Shown here: in pieces, positions 51,101-62,600 of the stretch | Layout: the number at the start of each line of letters is the position of its first letter | Position numbering within the stretch: the first letter of the stretch is position 1 | Assembly (NCBI GenBank): GCA_037379345.1 | Contig: CM074512.1 | Coordinates: 19,344,001-19,408,000, forward strand | Reading direction: 5' to 3' | From: Perna viridis | Lineage: Eukaryota | Length of the DNA: 64,000 bases | Position numbers and translations under genes: made by a program | Notes under the pieces: model-generated | What the model was told of the DNA's origin: nothing | Databases searched by the model: none | Seen by the model: only the letters and a program-made list of their open reading frames with translations

Positions 51101-53595
51101 AACTTAGCCTGTCTCATTCCTCAAGTTTTTCAAATAAGCAAATGGTTAACCAGGTGAGCGATTCAGGCTCTCTTGAGCCTCTAGTGAATGAACATTAAAA
51201 CATTTTGCTTAAATGCTGACAACTTTTTGTATACCTTCAGTACATGAATTTTCTTTTCCAGTTAAGACAAGACAATTCTAGTCTTAAGGTTGAGTTAGAA
51301 AAGACCAAGGGAAATGCAGAGGTATGTCAAATATCAGCATGAGAAAATCAAATGTAGATTTTTTTTTTGGTATTTAAATTGAAAAAAAATATATAAATGA
51401 ATATTAGGAGGTCTGGTTTGGTAAAACAGACTACTGGATATGAATAGAAATGTGATATTGGTTTAAAAAACAAAAAACATCCATTTTGAAAGAATTTCAT
51501 GATTAAAAAGATTAACATGGAATAGTTGTGAAATACAATGTAGTGGTTTAATGTAAGTTTGCATGGGTGTTGTCTACTGAATGGTGTTAGCTTTATAATC
51601 ATTTGCTAGAGGGCACATTTCATTACAAGGTCCATCATCTCATTTCATCTGTCACAAATAATTCATATCAATGTACAAATGCAGAAATATATGAACAGAC
51701 TTATGCTTAAGCTTGATTCATTCTTGCATGTTCTTTTTGTTGTAAACAATGGCTATTTCCAGTGTAAAATGTTATGTTGATTTTTTATTTTTAGGATTAT
51801 AAGATTTGTTTTCTTTTTTACCTGCTTTTTAGTGTGTGTGTGTCTAAATTTATGAAAAATCAAGAACTTCACCAGTCTACCTTGTCAAAAAATGACTTAA
51901 CAGGCTGCATGCAGTGATTAGAATTATTGCATGCAATAAGCAATTTTTACTTATGGCAGGGGTAAAAATAAGGAAATACAAGCAGGTAGCCCAGGCCATA
52001 TTTTTGTTCAACATTTTCTATATGATTAACTAAATTTTACCCAAAAGTTTAGAAGCCCAGCTCAAAATCTAGTAGCCATGGGCTATTGGGTGACTGCTAA
52101 TTTATAACCCTGGATGGTTTAGAAATGACCTATTGAAATTCTGAATAGTATTTAAATACCTTTCTCAAAATTTTAATTCCAATCACTGGGCCATAGACAG
52201 TATTTTTGAAAAGGGTACCTTTAATGCATTTTCATTTAGGTGGACAATGAACTAACTGTTGTTTTAAGGGAAATTGGTTTGAGAAAATTCCTTAGTAGCC
52301 AACTGTCAGTTATGGATATCAATAATGAATCATTATCAATATAATAAGATATTGTGCCAGGAATGAACATAACCAACAAAACATTGAAGTCAGGGTATAT
52401 TTATATGGGGTATTTGATTCACAGTTCCAATGAAGGAGTCAAACAAAATAATCTTGTTTTACCTTTTTTCATTTTTACACAAGTTTTCTACCTTTTTTGT
52501 AGTGTAAAAGTAATTACATAGTTGAAGGATAAAAAATTTTAACGTTGGCCCTCTTTTTTGGTAGCAATCCAAGGTCATTTCTATTTTTCTGAAAATTGTG
52601 ATTCAATCATGTTTACAAGATGATTTAAAAAAAAAATATTTATATATATTTTGGTCCGTTCAACTGAACATTTTTTTTTAAATTGAGTGCTTAATTTGAG
52701 ATATGTAATTATATCATATGTTTCACTTCAGTATTACATTCCATTCTGCTCCATAATATTTTTTAGAAAATTATGGGCCTTGGCTCTGAAAATTTTATTG
52801 ATATGCTTAGTGAAATTAATAATTATAGACATCCCTAATGTTGACCTGTTTTACCCTGGTATACCACACATGTGACATCCTTTTATATTTTCCAGTGAAA
52901 CACAGACCTTCACACCTATCCATCATCATAACTCACGATGCACAGAATATAGCAAGCTTTTTATATCTGTCAACTTACTATGCTTGAATGGACAATGTCT
53001 TTGTGACCTATAGAATTTTCATCATGAAAGCCATATTGGCATGATGTAGAGTGTGTTGTAATTGACAATTTAAATTATGTACATGTGAATGTTTGATAAT
53101 ATGCTTTAATGAACTATTAAGGCTTTCTGCATTGTTTATATCGGTATTCATTAAAATTATACTTCAATTTGAATGGTTTAATCAACTTATATCAGGGATG
53201 CTTTAAAATAAGTTTGTGAAATTTTAATACCTGGTAGTTTATTTAGCATTATTAAGAGTAATGAGAAATATCAATTAAGTCATCTTCTGGTAACCACTTT
53301 TTTAATGACATTTATTGATTATTTAAAATGATACTTTATAATGAATCTGAAGTAAATTTCAATGTGAAACTTATATTATATACCCTTCTTGAAAAGTGTA
53401 TAAAATGATCATGTTTGTTCACCCCCAGTTTAAATCTGCAACTCCTCTCGAACTGCTGAATGGAATTTGATGAAAGTTCCACACATTTTTTTATCTCATG
53501 ATGCCATTGTGCATCTCCTATTTTGTTTGTCCATCTGAATGAATTTTTGGTTCTGTGGAGGGAAGCATGTGAGTCAGTAAGGGAGCTTTGGTCAC

Positions 53596-53641
<46 letters not shown>

Positions 53642-56600
53642 TGTTTGTTAGTTATTCTATGAATCAATTCAAAATATATGGTCTCCATTTGGAAAGAAAT
53701 TGTGCATGCTTATCTTTATTGGTGAAAAAGAAATGTTACTCACTAAGCCTCATGATAATTTACTTCTCTTACTTAATTATCCAAATTAAAATTGTCATCT
53801 TCACTGTCTCATCATGACTCTTCAATATCTGTGGAATGTCCTTACCAAGATTGTATTAGCCACCATTTTATTACAAACAAAAGAAGAAGTGATTGTTTTG
53901 TTCTTGCATTGCACATGAATGTTTCTGTGTTTTCTAACTGGCACAGGTTAGAAGATTGATTTTTTGTAACCCAGAGCAAATTTCATACTGTTACTTTTAG
54001 AATGCAGATAATAGCTTGACTCGTATTTGAGAATATTGACTGTCCCGTTTTTAATTTTTTTTAAAATAATGCATTCTGTTAAGTTCTATGCTTATTTGTT
54101 ATTAATTTTTTATGTTTACATTGAAGTTTGTGTTGTAAAATATTTCAAGCTTTTTGGAAAACTGAATTATTTATAATGGATTAATGACCCAAGTTCAAAA
54201 ATCAATTAGCTGTCAGATAAAATTGCTGTTAAACTGTACATGATAGTAAATATGTATTTATTCTCATACTTAAAAGTTCATCCATAGTGCTATTGTTATA
54301 TTTATTTTATTTATACATATATTTGGTTGTTGCATGCTTGCCATGCAAGTGATATGCTCATATTTACTTCATCATTAACATATATTAAACTTTCCTGTGT
54401 GGTTTCATTCATTTTAGGCTTTAGGTGAATTGGACTTTGCTTATAGATGTTTAGAGAAAAGTATTACAAAAATTACAGATGAGGTAACTCATAATGAAAA
54501 TAAAAAGATCTGAAAAAATAACCACACAACTCTGCTTTTTTTTTTTAATTTAATGGCTGTGGTGCTTAGAATGAGTTTATTGCATGTGTGTATGGGCTGA
54601 TTTCTATTGGTATATGATAACACATAAATGTATATGTTTATGACAGTCACGGCAAATTGTGGCTTTTACTCTGTTAATAATCAATTATATTGTATTTATA
54701 AATAGATTGACTGACAAGTGATTGTAATAATTGTATAATATAATATATCTATTAAGTAGGGTATAAGATATTAATTAGCTGAATGAGTTGATGTGATGTA
54801 TGCAGTGAACAGCCTGAATGTTTTAATAGTTTCACTCATATCTCAAGTTTTTTTCCTATTGATGCTGAAAGTACAAGTGACATATTGGTGTTTTAGAACT
54901 AATAAATATTTATAAATAAAGTTGATGATTTCATTGGACTGAAGCAAAGTAGAAAAAGCATATTGTTTTTGTTACAATTATTTTTCAAATTATTTTTATT
55001 GGTTTCTAGATAAAATAGAATGTGGTATTTTTTTTGTCTTACTAAACCTCATACTGCTCCTATAATAAATTTTGATAGGTGTTTTATGATCACAAGAAGT
55101 GGCTAAAGGAATCAGTTTTCATTTTTTATTTCAACCACAAAAAGAATTGTGGTGCCAGGTGGTATCATGCTGCTGTCTTTGTTGTTTAGGACAATAACAT
55201 GAATATGAGTGTACAGATCTTTATGAAATTATACTAAAAGGTGCATTCCTACAAAAGGAAGGCTGGGATTGATTTTGAAGCATATAGAAATGGAAAGCCA
55301 GAAATTGTCCACTATAAGATTCTTGTAAATTTCTTTATCCTGCATCAGATATTTAATCACAATCTAAATTCAGAGCTTTTTCAAGCTTAATTGTCTGCCA
55401 TATTTTCCCCAACTGTCTACAGTTGTATCAAGCTGTCCTCTGTAAAGCATGTTATTAAGTAGGCATTACTATTGTAACTGTTGAAGGTTACATAAGCTGT
55501 GTTGTGTACTGTTAAATTGTTTAGCAAGTAAGTCTGTAATTATGAATAAGATAATATGTCTGTAAGACAAATTGTAGTGGGTATATTATACATGGTTTTA
55601 TTGTTTTTGATAATAAATTGTTGATATGCATTCTTAATTGTATTACTGAAAAGTAGTTCTGCCAATGTTATTACTTGTAGAAGGTTTCTCATTACAAATG
55701 ATAAATATGACAATTTGTGAAACAATCCCATTTTAATAAGATTTAGAGATTGTGATAAATAGAAAAATTCCGGATGCATATATTTCTTGTGTAGTATATC
55801 TGACATGGTACTTGACATAATTCTAAATACCAGGTATAATCCAGCCTGTTTTTATATCTGATATGTTATTTGACATAATTCTAAATAGAACCCTGCCTGG
55901 TTCCATCGCTGACATAGTACTCAACATAATTCTAAATGTAACTCAGCCTGGTTCCATATCTGACATGTTATTTGATATAATTCTAAATAGAGAACCCAGT
56001 CTGGTTCAATATCTGACATGGTACTTGACATGATTCAATTTATAGATCCCAGTCTGGTTCCATATCTGACATGGTACTTGACTTAATTTATAGAACTCAG
56101 CCTGGTTCCTTTTATGTTGATAGATAGAGTTAACAAAAGTTGAATACACATTGTTGCATGTTAAGTAGGAGCTACTGCTAAGCTTTATCATTTCATGTCA
56201 GCTAACTATCATAGACTAGACTAACTCTCATATCATATTGATTATTGTTCAACTATATTCCAGAAGCTTAAAATCAGAATGCTCAAGATTTTATTTCAGT
56301 TTATTGGTTACATATGTACATGTATTGATTATTAGCACTTGTACAATGGAAAGTGCTCAAACATTCATTCTGAATAATGGAAGAACAAAACAAGAAAAAA
56401 TCATGGATATTTATGTAGAATTAAGAAGAAATTTTGCAAGTTTTGATATTGTGAGTAATTAGATGGGTTAATCCAATTTCAGTTTTAATATTTTTTTTTA
56501 TATTGTCACCATCATGAATATTAGATGTTTTATGGCAATTTGAATTGAACTGATCTTGCTTCCAATACCATTCACACTTTACTTCTGAGTGATTTAAATA

Positions 56601-59600
56601 TGTCTGTAGGTAGAGTTCCATCCTACATTATACCAATGTTTCCAACTTTTTTTAACATTGAACACCTGTGTGATCTTTGTTAAACAGGTCAAGATTGTTC
56701 ATTTAATTTCTCATTGCATATCTCTGCCAATAATTCTTGCAGAAAAAGAAAAAAGTTAAACAGAACAAATGTTTTAGTCAAAAACAGTCAAAATAAGTCA
56801 TAATTGATAGCTATTCAAACTTGAAAGACTGTGCATAAGTTGTATAGGTTTTTCTGTGGTGGTAAATTAGGACACATTGCTACCTTAGTGCAATTTGAAT
56901 CACTCAGAAGCTATGCAAGATTTGTATTGTCAGTGTTATCAGTTGAATTGAAATTACTGTAAAAGCGAAAATAAAATTTCACAGCTAACACCATAATCAT
57001 GAAGTGTTTTATTTAATATAATGTTCAATATTATATCTAGATTTGAGGAAAAATCAATGGTATAGTGCATCACATATGCAGAATTTTAAGACTTTTTCAG
57101 ATGACCGAAAAAGTTACAAGTTTAGAGGAAAGATTAAAGGAGTCAGAAGAAAAGTGTTCACAGTATGAAAATAAAACATCAGAGGTGTGAAAATTTAAAA
57201 TCCAGAACTATGCAGTGAAACTTGTGTTAACCCTTGATATGAGTCTTAGGTTACTTGATTTTAAATGTCATGATTCTCATAACTGATCAAAAAATGATAA
57301 ATGTAGATGGTATTATTTAGTCATTTGTCCTGTTTTATTTCCAATATTTTTGGAAATATACAACTGAAGTAATTTTTTTTTCTTTACTTCAGATTGAACT
57401 TAATACTGGTATCATTTTGAATCTAATCTGGAACAGATATGAAAAACTTTAATGGTTTTTACAAACCATAAACTCAAAAGTCCCAAATCATTAAACTTAA
57501 TTGGTAATACTTAAAATTTTGCCTTCTTCATTTAAGTATCTGAATAGTGTTACATTCATTACATAATAACTAATGAAAAAGGGGTTATTTTCCTGTAATC
57601 TAGACGGCCAGAATGAGGGTGGTATTGGATGAGATGGTGATAATGACCAAATTGTGTGGTCAATACCAAGGCCAGGCTGATTTCACAATAATGACCACTT
57701 TTTTACTTACTGTTGTGTTTATTTCATAAAACAAATCATAGATTTTTTGATTATTTTTATAAAACTGCAAAACATTGTAGTAATGTAATGATATGACACT
57801 GTTGTCGTCATGGTCTGTAGACTGTTTTTTCATGAATAACTTGAATGAATATTAGATAATTGATCTTTAAAAAGATTACAGCTAGGTCCAAACCACCAAA
57901 CGAACATTCATATTGATATTGTGGCCCCAACCATTTTTAAGTAAGGGGCCAAAAAAAGCCTAAGCACACATTTCATTAAATTTAACTATATAACTCAAAT
58001 TTCTAGGATGACATACCATAATGTTCTATTCCATGATGGTCAGCAAACATGCTTCTGGTTTCCACACATTAACAAGTAAAGTGTATGCATTTCTTTGGAA
58101 TTGAACTACTATGTTTCATATCACAAAAGGAAAGTTTGAGGGATTATGGTCCTTACCTTTCAGGAATTCAGGACCAAAAGGGGTAAAGAAATAAGCATTT
58201 GTAATTTTTTTTCAAATTGGTATAAGTTGCTCATTTCTTAATTTAAAAATTCTTTGACCACTTCCATTCCTGTCAGAATCATGCCAAACACTTAATCCCA
58301 ATCCAAAATTGAGAGCTGTATCAACTCCGAATCTTGTTTTCATGTGTTCATACCTGTAATAAATGTTTAGGCCCTAAGACTCCAACTTCTAATGACCTAA
58401 ATTTTAGGGTTCAGCATCTGCAGACATGTCAAGCTGTGCACTGCAAATCATTTTATAATTCATAATAATAATACTAGTAGCTCATTAACAAATTTTTTAA
58501 CATTATTTCTCTAGCAGACTAAAATGTACCCTGTGTCAAAAATTTTATATTCACTTCATAAAAAAGTATCACTTGGTAACAAGTGATAATTACTTGCAAA
58601 CTGGTTTGAGCCATCTGATATTGACTGACTAATGATCCTTATGATTTATTGTAAAAATGATGAATACCATTTGACTTCATATGAACCAATGAAAAATGGA
58701 AAGGATAATTTTATTTGTGTTGATCGGGTAAGAGATACTACAATTGAAAACTAGTACTGCAATTTTTACTGAAGACTTTGTTGTATAATAAATGTGTCAT
58801 ATTTACTTATTACAGTACCTCAACATATTAAAACTACTAAAGCAATGTTATATGATATTGTAATTGGACAATATTTCCTACCCTCGTTACACTCAAAATT
58901 GTTTGAATTCAGCATTAAAATTTAATGTTTTGAAGATATGAAGTACCTTTTTACCTTTTTATGGAAAGCCACAGCCTTAATTAGCAGTTCTTATCACTTG
59001 AACAGGTTTCACTGTATGAAATATTGTATCAGATAGATATGTGTGTTTTGTTGTGTATTATTTATTTCATGTGCTAAACATGAATCGTGACATACAAGGC
59101 TTTTATTTGAAATGAATGAACTATGATTACAAGGGCTGTTAAGGGATGTGTGTTCTTAAAATCTAAAAACCATGAATTCAAGAATCCACAAACTAGTGTT
59201 TCTTTCCTATTCCACGAAAATTGATAGTCATGAAATAAATTTCCTTCACAGTATATAGGAATCACCCCTTCTGTAAAGGCAACACCTCATTAACCACTCA
59301 AGGGATTTTGAAATTTTATAGGATGATTGGGCATCATATGTTAATGTATATGAAGGATTATAGTTGCTGTCGGAGACTGAAGGGGGTAATTCAGCACCAG
59401 GTTTACATGTTAAAACTTCATACGAGCAATTCCTGTTAAACCGCATGAGAGATTTTGATGAAACTTTATAGGAAGGTTGGGCATCATATGTTAATGTACA
59501 TGAATGGATATAGTAGCTTTTTGAGGATTCCAAAGGAAAATAATTAAACTTACAGGATATGTATATTTAACTTCATTAGAAGTTGGAGTCTTGCTCACAG

Positions 59601-62600
59601 TTTTTCTAGTTATTTTTAATTGGAATATCTGTTTGATCATCCCTTTGTTATAAATCATGTTAAAACATTTCTTTAAATTTTAATTTTCGTTGTGTAAATA
59701 GGTACACATGTACTTCATTTTATTTTATTAAATAGGGGACTTCATTATCTTGTTGAACATATTCTAGTTTATTTTGTTGTTTGTTTTCCTTTTTGTGGGA
59801 TTCTTTTTGCAATATTTTTTCTTTAGATTTTTACTGCTGTGTATGCCAATTTTTGTTTGCTAGATCTACCCTCTTGATTGTAATTCATTCAGGTCTATTT
59901 CAAGCCTTGTATGTTAATGTCTGATAGTGTTGATAAACTTTTTAACTTGCAATCTGAAGAAATCAGGTAATTTTGGGAAATATTTATTCATAATTTGAAA
60001 GACATATATGCACTCTTTAGATTTCATTTCTGCAACATCCCACCCTGGTGATTGGTTGATATCTATATTGATTTTTCAAAGTAGTGTTTATTCATGTTAA
60101 TTACCACGACTTTGTTATTTTGAATTACTTTGATGTTAATTTTCTGATTTTTCTAATTTTCTAATTACGTTAGTTACACTGAGACTACACATAAATTATT
60201 TCAGTTTATATATCGATGTTTTTTTAAGTGATAACTTAAGATTTTTTTCAATTGACAAATAGATAATACTGGGTTAATTATAATTATGAAACTTCCTTTT
60301 ATAGGCAGAAAGCAGAATCTCAACCTTAGAAGAAGAACTGAATGAGAAAACTAAATCAACAGAAGACCTTAGTGATTTAATGAAGGTACATTATTTTTTA
60401 TGGGAAATTGAAACAGTTTTTACAGCCTAAATGAATATTTTAGTGAGTTGATTATGACCTTTGACCTTGTTCAACTGAAATAGCCCAAGGAAAATATCAC
60501 TTTTGCTAAATTAATATACAATTTTGGGGTAAAAAGGTATACAAAAAATTTTGGCATTTCTGATTCTGGCAGGTGCTAAGTGAACTTGATAATTAAGCCT
60601 AGAGTAAAATCTGGCGGAATTTATTTTGGAGGTTTTAGAAAGACCGCTGAAATAAGCCAAAATTACCAGCTATACATTATTAACTTTTCTACCAAATACA
60701 AGTAGCAGTCTGTTATAATTAAAATCATATCAAATTGATTCCCATATTTGTAAAACTTCATAAGCTGGTACCCATGAATATTGGGACTAACTGGTTTACA
60801 AATTGATAGACACTGATACATTTAAATGTAAGTATTTGATAATTTAGGATCACTGACTAGACCAGAAATTTAGCTTCATATTTTATCTTGTGATTCATGA
60901 AAACTTCTACATATTTATATCTGTATAAGTAAGTTGTAATTTTTTAGCAAATAGAAGAACTAAAGAAAAGCAATAAAGAGTTGGCATCTACAAATGTGCG
61001 ACTCAATGGTATAATAAAGACAGGACAAGACTCTTTGTCGAAAGAGCAAGAACTTGTTAATGAACTACGCAAACAGATAGAGGACAAAAACAAAGTGAGT
61101 TGGAAGCTTCCAGATTATTTTGTCATAATCTTAGTAGCAGGAATAGAACACTTTAGTTGGTCTTCCCTTGAGTAAATGACAGTTTCTTGTGAAAATGTCT
61201 TGGGTAGCTAACTTGACATTTGACAAGGAGGTTGATAGGTTTCGTAATGAGTGAAAGTTGAATATTGCAAAATATCAGTTCGAGTTATTTAATTTCAAAA
61301 TCATTACAATTGAACTTCAATGAGTTAGATTTTATGTTGAAATTATACGATGGTTATATTTTGCTTAAATCAAACTTCACGAGTAATTAAACCTTTTTCC
61401 CTTGGCTTCTTGACATTTGCGGTTGGGAAAAGTTCATCTATGTTGTTACGTTATCACAGGAGAAACACATAAGAAACCTCAAAATGTTGATTGTATCAGC
61501 AGTGTGTCACAATTACACAACAACCTATCACAAAAGTAAATTTTTCATAATACTAGATTATATCACATCATCCTACGATTTATTGTATAGATAGCAGTGA
61601 TTTATAGAATGTTTCCAATGTAAAAAATTTCGATAATTCATACTGTGAAATAATTTTTTTAGTTTCACTCTGCACTTTCTCCAGCCCAAACATCACAAAA
61701 CATCACAACATGTATAACAATCTGCCGTTTACAAAATTTGAATTTTATGTTGAAAATAGCAACAAATAAGGGAGAAAATGTATATAATAAATAAGATAAT
61801 CAATTGATTATTGTGAATAACCGAAATATAATCACTCGTGCCAAGAACAATTAAGATTTAACTCATGCGCAGAACTAGTTCTGCACACTCATTAAATCTG
61901 GGCATTCTTCAGCATTCATGATCACATTTTAGTTATTCACTCTTTCCAATTAATTATCCTATTAATATTTAACTGTATGAGAAGTAGATAAAACAACCAA
62001 ATTAAAGAAGATAAAACTTTTTATTATTGCATATCTTAACATTTGGCATTTGTTGAGAATAGGAATAGATCAATTAATATGTGATTTAAAAGCCCATTAA
62101 TAATGAAATACCTATTGAAATCCTTAGGCTCATACAAAAAAACATGAATTGGTTGATTAGATCCATAGGTTTGTTAAGGAATGACTGTTATATTGTTTTT
62201 GTCTATGAGGAAATAACCTCAATCATGTGATGCACACTGAATAACCTGCATAGCAAGTTATTTTCAAGTGTGTACCACAGGTATATTTGCAAGAAGCAAT
62301 AATAATTGTTATGTGTTATAAATATCTTTTTTTAACTGATGATCATTTTACCTTTCAGCAATCAGGTGCTACACCTAGTCAAGAAGTAGATGAGGTGAGT
62401 TATGTATTATGTATGAAGATCTGTTGGTATTATCTGTTGTGTGGTCATTTTATATTTCAATAACTGGCAACAATCTGCCCAACAAGTGTTGTATTACATG
62501 AGTTTGCTGTTGACTTCCAAAAGACATAAAATTTCAGCATAAGGATTATATTTTCTTCAATATGAACAAAAATAATATCATTAAAGACAATAATAGATCA

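Noticed and set aside
51795-51917. Acceptor followed by a 40-codon hydrophobic frame (possible alternative TM tail)
   Set aside because: The frame runs through T-rich and (GT)n low-complexity sequence and has no independent support.
53930-53952. CTAAC...CAG|GTTAGA as a recursive splice (ratchet) site
   Set aside because: The intron is only about 3 kb, the pyrimidine tract is weak, and the motif is short enough to be chance.
55796-56110. Repeat array as CRISPR
   Set aside because: Eukaryotic intron; the whole unit is repeated with no unique spacers, and there are no cas genes.
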